Part shown: positions 37,722 through 47,501 of the stretch, one piece after another
Layout: each line of letters starts with the position of its first letter
Numbering within the stretch: position 1 is the stretch's first letter
The notes under the pieces: model-generated
Told to the model about the DNA's origin: nothing
Databases searched by the model: none
The model's input: the letters and a program-made list of their open reading frames with translations, nothing else
Translations under genes and position numbers: made by a program
Assembly (NCBI RefSeq): GCF_039539445.1
Contig: NZ_BAABDD010000001.1
Location: 444,103 to 508,102, forward strand
DNA from: Salinactinospora qingdaonensis
Lineage (GTDB): Bacteria > Actinomycetota > Actinomycetes > Streptosporangiales > Streptosporangiaceae
Length of the DNA stretch: 64,000 nt
Direction: 5' to 3'

Positions 37722-38696
37722 ATGAATCCGGAGGCCGCAGAGGTGCCGGGAGGGGAGCCCGGAGCGGGAGCCGTACCGCCGCAGCCGGGCGAGGAAGTCG
37801 AGATCGTGCGTTCTCCCACCGAGGAGCGCAGTTGGCTGGGCCGGGACATCGACCAAGTGGCCACGATCGACGTGCTGCGCCGGATCAACGTCGAGGACGC
37901 CGGCGTGGCGGGGGCTGTCGCGCAGGTGTTGCCGGAGTTGGCGCGCGCGGTCGACATGGGGGTGGCCGCGTTGCGCGGCGGTGGCCGCATCCACTACTTC
38001 GGGGCTGGGACCTCAGGCAGGATCGCGGTCATGGACGCCGCTGAACTGCCTCCCACGTTCGGCCTGGCCGAGGGGCGGGTGGTGGCCCACCACGCCGGGG
38101 GCGAGCTCGCCTTCGGCCAAGCGCTGGAGGGGGCCGAGGACGACGAGCGTCGGGGGCGCGCCGACGCGGCCTCGCTGGTGGCCGGTGACGTGGCGGTAGG
38201 CGTCACCGCCAGCGGGCGGACCCCCTACGTCGCCGGCGCGCTACGGCACGCCCGGCGCCAACACGCGGCTGCGGTGCTGGTCAGCGCGAACCCGCGTGCC
38301 GAACTCGCCGAGGAAGCCGATGTGCACGTCGGAGCCGACACCGGCGCCGAGGTGATCGCCGGATCGACGCGCATGAAAGCGGGCACGGCGCAGAAGTTGA
38401 TCTTGAACGGGTTCTCCACGGCGGTGATGGTGCGGCTGGGCTACACCTACTCGAACCTCATGGTCGGAGTGAACGCGACGAACGCCAAGCTGCGCGGGCG
38501 CGTGGTGACGATCCTGACCGAGGCGACCGGACTTGAGGCGGGGGTGTGCGAGGCGGCGCTGGCCGCCGCCGGAGGCGACACGCGAGTGGCCCTGGTGAGC
38601 CTGCTGGCTGGTGTGGAGATCCCGACCGCCGCCAGCGCCGTAGGCGAGGCCGAAGGATCGGTGCGCGAGGCGCTGCGGCTGCTGGGCACCGGCTGA
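37722..38696 (+). CDS. murQ: N-acetylmuramic acid 6-phosphate etherase
   Basis: SIS-domain etherase with GRIHYFGAGTSGRIAVMDAAELPPTFG and the conserved C-terminal Glu-containing region. Confidence 0.85.
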   Translation: MNPEAAEVPGGEPGAGAVPPQPGEEVEIVRSPTEERSWLGRDIDQVATIDVLRRINVEDAGVAGAVAQVLPELARAVDMGVAALRGGGRIHYFGAGTSGRIAVMDAAELPPTFGLAEGRVVAHHAGGELAFGQALEGAEDDERRGRADAASLVAGDVAVGVTASGRTPYVAGALRHARRQHAAAVLVSANPRAELAEEADVHVGADTGAEVIAGSTRMKAGTAQKLILNGFSTAVMVRLGYTYSNLMVGVNATNAKLRGRVVTILTEATGLEAGVCEAALAAAGGDTRVALVSLLAGVEIPTAASAVGEAEGSVREALRLLGTG

Positions 38697-38800
38697 CGGG
38701 CCGGTGTGGCCGCTGAAGCTGTCCTGGAAATCCGGGCGACGGTGACGCCCCCGTAGGTGGGGCCTGGGGCGTGGTGCGGGTTGGGGCTGAGCAGAGCAGG

Positions 38801-38905
38801 CGGTGTTTCCCGTCGCTCGTGCCTCGATCGCTGCGCGATCTCGGCAGCCTGGGACGGGCTGTGGCCACGGTGAGGCGGGTATCGCGACGGACGGACTGGG
38901 GCTGC
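38801..38905 (+). repeat. REP-like palindromic interspersed element, copy A (core GCTCGTGCCTCGATCGCTGCGCGATCTCGGCAGCC)
   Basis: The same about 50-90-bp element recurs at 39060-39135 (inverted), 57885-58010 (inverted) and 63900-64000 (direct). The core is itself an imperfect palindrome. Confidence 0.6.
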
Positions 38906-39059
38906 GGTAGATACCGCGGCTCAACGTCTTCTGGAACGCCCTCCACTACCGCCCCCGCAGAGACGCCGCCCACCGCTGTCCCCCCGCCACAGCACCACCC
39001 CACGAAAAGCGACACCCCGCGCTGGAGCGAGGTTCCTTCACCCCTGTGACTGTCCGCGT

Positions 39060-39135
39060 CGTTTCCTGTCGCCTCAGCCACGGCGCCCCCGTGAGGCTGC
39101 CGAGATCGTGCAGCGATCGAGGCACGAGCGAACGG
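39060..39135 (-). repeat. REP-like element copy B (inverted relative to copy A, about 280 bp away)
   Basis: GGCTGCCGAGATCGTGCAGCGATCGAGGCACGAGCG is the reverse complement of the copy A core, with 1 mismatch. Confidence 0.6.
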
Positions 39136-39229
39136 CACCATCCCCACCACACCCCGCTCGACACCCCCATACCCCCCACGAGCGGGGCGCGACTCCGTGG
39201 GGCGGCCTTGAGGCCGACGATGCCACGGC

Positions 39230-39880
39230 TCAGTCGGTGGAGGTGAGCTTGGCCCTGGCGTGGGGGTCGAGCGGTTCGACCCGCATCGGGGCCGGGCGTA
39301 CCAGCACGTCGCGCACCGCCTTGACGTTGGCGCCGGCCTCCCGCAGGTAACCGCGCAGGGTGGGCCCCAACCGGCGGTGGAACGCCGGATCGCCCACGCC
39401 GACCGTGTCGATACCGGCCGCGGCGCACAGCACGAGCGAGCGAGGCAGGTGAAACGCTTGGGTTACCACGGTCGCGGCCGAAATCCCGTAGGTCTGGCGG
39501 GCCCGCGCGGCACTGTCCCATGTCCGGAACCCGGCCGGGTCGGCGACGATGACCGAAGCCGGGACGCCGCTGCGCACGAGGTAGGCGAGCATCACGTCGG
39601 TCTCGCGGTTGGACATCGCCCGGTTGTCGCCGCTGACGAGGAGGGCGCCGACCTTGCCGGTGTGGAACAGTTCGGCGGCGATGTCGAGGCGGCGGGCGAG
39701 CAACGGTGACGGGCCCGTGGGCCAGGCGCCGGCGCCGAGCACGAGCGCCACCGGCCGGAACGGGACGGTCGCCGGGGTGAACCGGCGGCGCGCGGTCACC
39801 GCGTACATGCCCACCGTGGGTGCGACCCCCATCCCCACGACGACACCGGCGGCTAGCACCGCCCACGCTGCCCACTGCAC
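39230..39880 (-). CDS. DUF218 / SanA-YdcF-ElyC family protein
   Basis: 216 aa. N-terminal TM helix. VLGAG...LLVSGDN-type core. Confidence 0.55.
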   Translation of the reverse strand: MQWAAWAVLAAGVVVGMGVAPTVGMYAVTARRRFTPATVPFRPVALVLGAGAWPTGPSPLLARRLDIAAELFHTGKVGALLVSGDNRAMSNRETDVMLAYLVRSGVPASVIVADPAGFRTWDSAARARQTYGISAATVVTQAFHLPRSLVLCAAAGIDTVGVGDPAFHRRLGPTLRGYLREAGANVKAVRDVLVRPAPMRVEPLDPHARAKLTSTD

Positions 39881-40227
39881 CTCGGCCGCTCCCCTGCCTC
39901 GTCTGCGGCGCCCCTACGCCGTCACTGCCGAGACTAGTGGGCCGAGACAGCCGATTGTGGGGCTGTGGGGGAAGTTCGTGACGGAAGCGGCGGCTGAGCC
40001 ACACGAGTGGCGAGCCAGCGGGAAAATGTGGCGCGCCGGGGTGCCCGAAGCAACGAACCGTCTCGGGACACCACGACGCGGCCGGCGCGCCGGCCGTCCC
40101 GGCAAGGGGCGACCGGTGCGCTCTGCGTCGCTGGTGCGACGCCGGCACGTCACCAGGACTCGCTCTTCAGCCTGGTCCTTGGGCTTTCGCCGGCTACGAG
40201 AGACCGTCGGGCCGGTCGCCCATGTGG

Positions 40228-41154
40228 TTAGGACACCTCGATGGCGATCTTGCCGCGCGGGTGCCCCTCGGCGCTGCGGCGCTGCGCCGCGGCGGCCTGG
40301 GAAAGCGGGAACGTCTCCGCCACCTCGATGGTGAGCTCGCCCCGCTCCACCATGTCCACCAGTGCCGACAGGTCGGCACTGTCGGGCCGGACGAAGACGT
40401 AGCTGCCGCCCTGCTGGGCCACGGACGGGTCGGCGACAGAGGCCACGCGGGCCTCGGGCGCGGCCAACTCCGAGGTGGTGGCGAGCGTGCCCGCGCCGTA
40501 GAGGTCGAGAACGGCGGTGGCGCCCTCGGGGACGAGCTCGCGCACCCGCTGGGGCAGGCCCTCCCCATAGCTCACCGGCTCAGCACCGAGCCCTCGGAGG
40601 AACTCGTGGTTGGCCGGGGAGGCGGTGCCGATCACGCGCGCTCCCAACGTTTGGGCGATCTGCACGGCGAAGAGCCCCACGCCGCCGGAGGCCGCGTGCA
40701 CCACCAGGGTGTCGCCCTTACCGACACGCAACGTCTTGAGTAGGGCCTGATAGGCCGTGAGCCCGGCCAGGGGCAGCGAGGCCGCCTGCGTCCAGGTGAC
40801 GTTGGCCGGTTTGCGGGCCAGGGTGCGCACCGGGGCGGCGACCAGCTCGGCGTAGGTGCCGCCGCCGACGACGTCCTTGCGCACGTAGCCGATCACCTCG
40901 TCACCGGGAGCGAACTCCGGGACCGCTATACCGGGCTGCTCGACCACACCGGCAACGTCCCAGCCGGGGATGGCGGGGAAGACCGTGTCCATGAACGCAT
41001 CCAGCCCGCCCTCACGCAGCTTCCAGTCGACCGGGTTGACCGAGGCCGCCTTGGCACGCACCAGCACCGAGTCGGGACCGACCTTGGGGTCGGCGACCTC
41101 GGCTAGCCGCAGTACCTCGGGCCCCCCATACTCGTCGTAGACGATCGCCTGCAT
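40228..41154 (-). CDS. NADPH:quinone oxidoreductase (zinc-binding MDR family)
   Basis: MQAIVYDEYGGPEVL..., GDTLVVHAASGGVGLFAVQIA. Confidence 0.8.
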   Translation of the reverse strand: MQAIVYDEYGGPEVLRLAEVADPKVGPDSVLVRAKAASVNPVDWKLREGGLDAFMDTVFPAIPGWDVAGVVEQPGIAVPEFAPGDEVIGYVRKDVVGGGTYAELVAAPVRTLARKPANVTWTQAASLPLAGLTAYQALLKTLRVGKGDTLVVHAASGGVGLFAVQIAQTLGARVIGTASPANHEFLRGLGAEPVSYGEGLPQRVRELVPEGATAVLDLYGAGTLATTSELAAPEARVASVADPSVAQQGGSYVFVRPDSADLSALVDMVERGELTIEVAETFPLSQAAAAQRRSAEGHPRGKIAIEVS

Positions 41155-41532
41155 GTCTGCCTCTCTTCACTGACACTGTGGCCAGGTGCCGTCCTCCGGC
41201 GGGCGCCGGGACACCTGTCGTGCGGCGTGGCCGCAGTGATCGGCAACACGCGCCACCGCTGCCACATTTCCCGCCCGGGCTATGACATGTGACATGGGTA
41301 CGCCCCGGCGGAAAGGGAAAGCGGCCATGCCCCGCAAGGACAACAGCCATGCGACAACGGCAGAACCAACAAGTCCCGAATCGACGCCCGACAGACCCGA
41401 GCGGTTCACCGATTGGCCGCTTCCGGCCTATTTGTCAGCACCTTCGGTTAAAAAATGAGGGGAAGACATTCCGGAGAAGAGCGCGACGCGGGCTCCCCCC
41501 GGTGTGTCCGACGTCCGTAGCGAAGGAGGCCC

Positions 41533-43812
41533 ATGCCCCATCTGGCCATCGACGCGACGTGTCTTCCCCAGTACGACAAGCTCGACCGGCCGACTCGGGA
41601 ACGGCTTCTCGCCGCGACGCGCAAGTTCCGTGAGCTCTCCCTCGACGCTCTGTACGCTCACCCGGACCTGCGCATCCGCTCCCTTCCGGCCGGTCAGGAC
41701 CCCCGTATCCGCACCTTCCGGATCAGCGACTCCTGGACGGGGGTGATGCTCGCCCCCGAATCGGGGGAGACGTTCCTGCTCGTACACTTGCTGCCGCGCG
41801 AGTCGGCCGATGCGTGGGCCAAGGACCAGCGCCACGACGTCAACACCGTCATGGGCACGCTGGAGCGGCGCGACGCCGCAGCGTTAGAGCGCGAGGAGGC
41901 CCGGCGCGGCGCCATGGACCGGGCAGCCGGCGAGAGCGCCGCATCGGGCTGGGACGCCCCCACCCCGATGCGGCGCGCCGCCGGCGGTTCGACCGTGCTC
42001 AGCGCCCCCACCACCACGGCCACAGCCCCTTCCCCGCCCGCCCCCGCCTCGACCACCAGCGGGGCCGCGGCGAGCGGGGCCGAACTCTTCGCCCACGTCA
42101 GCGACCACGAGCTGCGCCGGCTCGGCGTCGACGCCGAGATCGTCAACTTCTGTCGGTCGTTGAGCACTGCCGAGGAGCTGCGGATGTGGGCGGCGGCGCT
42201 GCCGCAGGACCAGTACGAGGTGCTGTCGCACCTGGCCGATGGGCTGTCGGTGGAGCGGGTGCTGCGCGAGGTGGTCGAGCCGCGCCGGCCGGCTGTGGGA
42301 GCGGTGGCCACCGACGACTACGACACCGCGATCCGCCACACGCGGGAACGGGTCATCGTGGTCAACGACGACCGCGAGATCGAAGACGTGCTGGCCGGGG
42401 AGTTCAACGCCTGGCGGATCTACCTCCACCCCAAGCAGCGCGACCTCGCCTACCGGCCGCGCTTTCGCGGCCCGGCGAAGGTCTCGGGCGGTCCGGGCAC
42501 GGGCAAGACAGTGGTGGCGCTGCACCGGGTCAAGTACCTGGCCGAACATCTGCCGCTGGGTGGGCGGGTGTTGCTCACCAGCTTCACCAACGCCCTCGTC
42601 GAGACGCTCAAGCGCAACCTGGGGCTGCTGGTGACGGCCGAACTCCTTGACGACGTCGACGTGATCACGGCCGACAAGTTCGCCATGGACGTGGTCAAGG
42701 AGGTTTCGCCTGAGATCAGCTTCTGGCCCGACCACGACGTGCGCGGGCTGTTCGCCAACGTGGCCGGCAAGCACGACCTGCCGTGGTCGGGGGAGTTCCT
42801 GTTCCAGGAGTACAAGCACGTGGTCATGGCGCACGGCTTGACGACGCTGGAGGGCTACCTCGACCCCGACGCGCGGCGTGGCCGTTCGACTCCGTTGGAC
42901 GTGCAGCAGCGACGCGACGTGTGGCACGCCATCGCCGAGGCTCGCGCGCGCATGCGCCGCACCACGCGGCTACCGGCCTTGGAGCTGCACGCCAAGGCCA
43001 CCCAACTGCTGGAGGAGCGGGCCGAGAAGCCCTACACCAACGTGGTCATCGACGAGGCCCAAGACCTGCACCCGGCCCAGTGGCGCACGTTGCGCGCGGC
43101 GGTGCCGCCCGGCCCCAACGATTTGTTCATCGCCGGTGACAACCGGCAGCGCATCTACGACACCACCGTGTCGTTCAAGCAACTGGGGATCACGATCGTG
43201 GGGCGCTCCTACCCGCTGCGGGTCAACTACCGCACCACGACCGAGATCCTGGCGTGGGCCAACGAGATCATGCGCGGCCAGTCGGTGGCCGAGCTGGGCG
43301 AGTCCGCGCCAGAGCCCGCTGGCAGCACGCGCTCGGTGCTGCAAGGCGAGGCGCCCGAACTCTACGGTGCGCCCGACGAGGCCACGGAGTTGGCGGCGCT
43401 GGCCGAGCGGGTCCGGCGGTGGCTCGCCGACGGGGTGGCCGCCGGTGATATCTGCGTGGCCACGCGCACCCGCGGTATCCGCAACACGGTCACCAAGGAG
43501 CTGCGTAACCGCGGGCTGCCCGCCGTGGTCTTTAACGCTCAGGAGGACACGGTTACCGAGCAGTCGGAATCGGTGCGGGTGACCACGATGCACAGTGTCA
43601 AGGGGCTGGAGTTCCGGGCGATCGCGGTCGTCGGCGTCACAGCCGAGGCGCTGCCGCAGATGGAGCGGGTCACCGACGCCGAGATCGACCAGAACCAGCA
43701 CGAGGCCGACCTCGCCGCCCAGCGTTCTTTGCTGTACGTGGCCTGCACCCGCGCCCGCGAATGGCTCTACGTCTCTTGGCACGGCCGCCCCAGCTCGTTC
43801 CTGCCGGTGTGA
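41533..43812 (+). CDS. UvrD/REP superfamily-1 helicase with about 280-aa N-terminal extension; HelD-like (possible RNA-polymerase-associated helicase)
   Basis: RBS GAAGGAGG. Motif I GGPGTGKT, motif II VVIDEAQDL (DEAQD form typical of HelD), motif VI TMHSVKGLEFRAIAVV. A Pro/Ala-rich linker sits in the N-terminal extension. Confidence 0.6.
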   Translation: MPHLAIDATCLPQYDKLDRPTRERLLAATRKFRELSLDALYAHPDLRIRSLPAGQDPRIRTFRISDSWTGVMLAPESGETFLLVHLLPRESADAWAKDQRHDVNTVMGTLERRDAAALEREEARRGAMDRAAGESAASGWDAPTPMRRAAGGSTVLSAPTTTATAPSPPAPASTTSGAAASGAELFAHVSDHELRRLGVDAEIVNFCRSLSTAEELRMWAAALPQDQYEVLSHLADGLSVERVLREVVEPRRPAVGAVATDDYDTAIRHTRERVIVVNDDREIEDVLAGEFNAWRIYLHPKQRDLAYRPRFRGPAKVSGGPGTGKTVVALHRVKYLAEHLPLGGRVLLTSFTNALVETLKRNLGLLVTAELLDDVDVITADKFAMDVVKEVSPEISFWPDHDVRGLFANVAGKHDLPWSGEFLFQEYKHVVMAHGLTTLEGYLDPDARRGRSTPLDVQQRRDVWHAIAEARARMRRTTRLPALELHAKATQLLEERAEKPYTNVVIDEAQDLHPAQWRTLRAAVPPGPNDLFIAGDNRQRIYDTTVSFKQLGITIVGRSYPLRVNYRTTTEILAWANEIMRGQSVAELGESAPEPAGSTRSVLQGEAPELYGAPDEATELAALAERVRRWLADGVAAGDICVATRTRGIRNTVTKELRNRGLPAVVFNAQEDTVTEQSESVRVTTMHSVKGLEFRAIAVVGVTAEALPQMERVTDAEIDQNQHEADLAAQRSLLYVACTRAREWLYVSWHGRPSSFLPV

Positions 43813-43894
43813 AAAGGCGGACACCGTACCGGCCAAGTGCGGCGGTGCGGGCAGGCTCTCGGGGACGGCGCAGCAGGGCCTGCCCGCATCAGAG

Positions 43895-45082
43895 TCAGAA
43901 GGGGGTCAGGGTGATCTCGAAGAGGGTGGGTGCGCCGTCCTCGATGTAGGGGGCGAAACCTTCGACATCGTCGAAGGCGAAGCCGTAGGCCCTCCCGTCG
44001 ACGGTGTTGGCGTGCAGGATGCGGGCGTAATGATTGCTGATGTCGGTTTGGTAGAAGCCGGCTGGGTCGCCGGTGGGCTGCTGCGCTGAGTCCAGCAGGG
44101 TCGACCGGTTGAAGGCCGCGCCGAGGACCGCGGCCACGGGGCCGGTGAGCCCGTCGTTGGGAGCGGCGAGCGCACCGTGGCAGAAGAAGACGTCGCGGGT
44201 GCTGGGCTTGGTTATGGGGTCTACGCCGCCGTCGAAGCGCAACTCCTGGGAGACGGGGTCGACCCGGCCGGTGAAGGTGCCCGCGTCGGTGGTGACGCGC
44301 AGGTCGGTGTCGGTGTAGCGACGCCACACCTCGTCGATGTAGGGGGCGAAGTAGTCGCCGGCGAATCGGCCGGCGTCAAGACCGTGCCCCGGGGCGATCA
44401 CACGGAGCCGGTCACCGACGAGGAGCGGAGAAAAGTCGGGGTGGGCGGCGAGGGCGTCGAAGATCGCGGTCCGGCCTCCCTCGACGAGGGTGCCGGTGCT
44501 TTGGTCGCGCCGGCCCACGAGTCGAATCCCGATCGGGACGCTGAACTGGTCGACCATGGTGGTGTTGCAGTGCATGCCGGCGCCGTCGTGGGTGAATTCC
44601 ACGTAGTCGTGCATGACCTCGAAGTTGGGGTCGCTGTCCACCCAGCCGGCGGGGTAGGCCAGGGCGGGGCTACCGTCGCCGGCGGTGACGGCCTTGAACC
44701 TGAGTTTGGCGCCGAGAGCGATGTAGATGCGGCCCGACATGTGGGGCAGCGACAGTCCGGCGCCGGCCTGCGGCAGTGGTATCGCGTAGTCGGTGTAGCC
44801 GTCGTCGACGTTGTCCGAGAGTTGCACCGGCACTGCCGTGCCGTCGGAGGTGACGTGACACTGCCGGCCGGTGGCGAGGTCGGTGCCCACGATGTAGAGG
44901 CGGATCTGACTGTCGGGAAAGGCCTCACTGGCGTTGACGACGCTCAGCGGCAAGGCCCCACTCGCCGCCTGGGCGGCTGGGGCGGCCGAGGCGAGGTGCG
45001 CCCCTGGGCGACGACAGCCCATGAGCGGGGTACCGGCGACGGCCAGCGCGAAGCCGCTGAGGAAGGATCGTCGGTTGATCAC
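43895..45082 (-). CDS. secreted (Tat signal) glycoside hydrolase, GH64 beta-1,3-glucanase-like
   Basis: GTG start after GGAGACG. Twin-arginine signal NRRSFLSGFALAVAG. Family assignment is from recollection of GH64 sequences and should be checked. Confidence 0.5.
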   Translation of the reverse strand: MINRRSFLSGFALAVAGTPLMGCRRPGAHLASAAPAAQAASGALPLSVVNASEAFPDSQIRLYIVGTDLATGRQCHVTSDGTAVPVQLSDNVDDGYTDYAIPLPQAGAGLSLPHMSGRIYIALGAKLRFKAVTAGDGSPALAYPAGWVDSDPNFEVMHDYVEFTHDGAGMHCNTTMVDQFSVPIGIRLVGRRDQSTGTLVEGGRTAIFDALAAHPDFSPLLVGDRLRVIAPGHGLDAGRFAGDYFAPYIDEVWRRYTDTDLRVTTDAGTFTGRVDPVSQELRFDGGVDPITKPSTRDVFFCHGALAAPNDGLTGPVAAVLGAAFNRSTLLDSAQQPTGDPAGFYQTDISNHYARILHANTVDGRAYGFAFDDVEGFAPYIEDGAPTLFEITLTPF

Positions 45083-45589
45083 GTTGCGTCTCCTTGGGCT
45101 AGCGGGACATAACGCGGCCAATGTGACGATCCGGTAGCACAGGGTCAATAGCCGGACGCCTCCTCGAGACACACACGGTGGGTCGCCCCTGGAAAGCGAA
45201 TCGTAGTGTGACGCGAATCACTTCCTCTATCGAAAGGTTTCCTTCCTTTTTGATGCGCCCACCCCGACGCCGAACGTCCACATGAACACCGAGCGTCACC
45301 AACCGACAGACATGGGTGCTTACCGCCGCCGGCTCGACACCGGGATCGTCCCACGCGCGGACAGACGCGACACCGTCACACCTGGCCGTTCGCCACTGAC
45401 GCTCGATCACGCCTCGCACCAAGAGCAAACGGGCGGTCATACCCACGACGAAAACCCAATAAAAATACACCTCCAACTTTCCACCGCAATACACCCTGAC
45501 AACCGAGAGTAATCAATTTATCACCGATCCGGTGTTACGGTGTTTCTCGAACTGCCAGACATCGGCAACCCCAGAGAGGAATAATTATC

Positions 45590-46141
45590 TTGGGCGCGAG
45601 AAAGAAGGTTTTGCGTCTCGGTGCCACAGCGGGGACGACCGCCCTGATCAGCGCCGCACTGGCCGGTGGCACCGCCCATGCGCAGGATGCCGACCACTGC
45701 ATCGAGAGCCTCGACACCGGCGAAAAAGAGTGCTTTTCGGAATTCGAGACGGCCATCTCCGCCGCTGAGGAGCGCACCGGAAACACAATCGCCGAACAGA
45801 AAAGAATGATGAAGTCCAAGCAGAGCAGCCGGGCTATGACCACCGCGGCCGCAAACGACATCATTCTGGGAACGTTTTTCATTCACGAGCAGTACGGTGG
45901 GGCAACGTTCACCCTCTACGGCGACTCGCTGTGCTCCAAAGACGGCCAAATGGAATACGTCTACAACTTCAGTGGCGACTGGGTCGACAGCATCTCCTCT
46001 GTCCAACCGTGGGCCAACTGCTGGATCTGGCTCTACCCCGAGCCCGACTTGGGCGGCGACCGCGACGGTCCCTACAAGGAGAACACCCCCTATGTGGGCG
46101 ACTATATGAACGACCGCACCGAGTCCGTCGGATTTAGCTGA
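45590..46141 (+). CDS. small secreted Cys-containing protein of unknown function
   Basis: Signal peptide (LRLGATAGTTALISAALAGGTAHA). Preceded by a lower-GC region. TTG start inferred. Confidence 0.5.
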   Translation: MGARKKVLRLGATAGTTALISAALAGGTAHAQDADHCIESLDTGEKECFSEFETAISAAEERTGNTIAEQKRMMKSKQSSRAMTTAAANDIILGTFFIHEQYGGATFTLYGDSLCSKDGQMEYVYNFSGDWVDSISSVQPWANCWIWLYPEPDLGGDRDGPYKENTPYVGDYMNDRTESVGFS

Positions 46142-46186
46142 TCCCCTCCCCTTCCCCCTCCCGAGAGTTCCCCCGACGAAGGAAAC

Positions 46187-46801
46187 GTGAGCATGCGAAA
46201 GCGCTCCTGGTCCGCGCTGGCACTTTCGAGCGCCACCGCCGGACTGGTCGTGCTCGCCGCCGCTCCCGCCGCCGCGGCCGAGCCCACGAACCGCCAACTC
46301 CTGGAACAGTGCAACAACGGCACCGACACCTGCGTCTTCCACCCCGACGGCCCACCGCAGTACTACACCGGCCCGGCGCGCCAAGTCGGCGACTCCGTCT
46401 ACAACTGCACCAACGGTGTACAGCGCTTCAACGTCTCGTGGTCGGACACCACCTCGCAGAGCAACAGCGTCGGGATCGCCATGACCACCGAGGCCGGATT
46501 CGGCGAGGCCTTCGCCGTCAGCTACGAACAGTCCTACGAGCACACCTGGAAGACCTCCCACACCGAGAGCCAGACCACCTACGTCGACACCGGCCCTTAC
46601 CAGGTCGGCTGGGTCGAACGGCAGCCGCGGATGGAACGGGTCAGCGGCACCTACGAGATGCACTTCGGCGACCCCTACTACGGCCACTACATCTGGTACG
46701 TCCCCTTCGAGGCCCGGGGACCGGCCTCTGACGGCGCCTCGGAAGCGATCGTGCAGCACAACCGGGATATGACCGATGCGGAAAAGGCGGCGTGCCCATG
46801 A
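46187..46801 (+). CDS. secreted protein of unknown function, paralog A of a tandem pair
   Basis: Signal peptide, 4 Cys. Conserved blocks AAEPTNRQLLEQC.NGTDTCVFHPDGPPQYY and RVSGTYEMHFGDPYYGHYIWYVPFEA are shared with paralog B. Confidence 0.6.
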   Translation: MSMRKRSWSALALSSATAGLVVLAAAPAAAAEPTNRQLLEQCNNGTDTCVFHPDGPPQYYTGPARQVGDSVYNCTNGVQRFNVSWSDTTSQSNSVGIAMTTEAGFGEAFAVSYEQSYEHTWKTSHTESQTTYVDTGPYQVGWVERQPRMERVSGTYEMHFGDPYYGHYIWYVPFEARGPASDGASEAIVQHNRDMTDAEKAACP

Positions 46802-47421
46802 CGACCCGCAACCGAACCGGCACGCGCGGAAGCGCCAGCGCGGGGGCGGTGGCCGCCACGGCCCTGCTGGCCGCGATACTGCCGGCGGCCCCGGCCGCCG
46901 CGGCCGAGCCCACGAACCGCCAACTGCTCGAACAGTGCGGTAACGGCACCGACACCTGCGTCTTCCACCCCGACGGCCCACCGCAGTACTACCAGAACAC
47001 CAGCGAGGTCGTGGGCAGCCCGGCCTACAACTGCACCGACCGTTCCCAACTGATGTCGGTGACGTGGTCGGACACGGTCTCGGAGTCCAACAGCGTGGGA
47101 ATCTCGATGAGCGCGACCTTCGGGACGGTCTTCAAGACCACGTTCGAGGCCAGTTACGGCTACGAGTGGAGCGAGTCCCACACCGAGAGCCAGACCACCT
47201 ACGTGGATGTCCCCGTTGGCCATGTGGGACGGGTCTACTACGGCGCCATGATGCAACGGGTCAGCGGCACCTACGAGATGCACTTCGGCGACCCCTACTA
47301 CGGCCACTACATCTGGTACGTCCCCTTCGAGGCCACCGGCCCCGCCGAGGACCAGGGCGGCGCGTGGACCCAGTCCACCTCCGTCATGACGGCCCAGGAA
47401 CGCGCCACCTACTGCGACTGA
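46792..47421 (+). CDS. secreted protein of unknown function, paralog B (overlaps the A stop by ATGA)
   Basis: Same architecture. An identical about 80-nt stretch is present in both genes. Confidence 0.6.
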   Translation: MPMTTRNRTGTRGSASAGAVAATALLAAILPAAPAAAAEPTNRQLLEQCGNGTDTCVFHPDGPPQYYQNTSEVVGSPAYNCTDRSQLMSVTWSDTVSESNSVGISMSATFGTVFKTTFEASYGYEWSESHTESQTTYVDVPVGHVGRVYYGAMMQRVSGTYEMHFGDPYYGHYIWYVPFEATGPAEDQGGAWTQSTSVMTAQERATYCD

Positions 47422-47501
47422 CCTGCCTTCCGCCCCTGACAGGCCGGCCGTGGCACCGCAGCGCCCGCGGCCGGCCCCTCGACGCGACGGGGAATCCTTC
47501 C

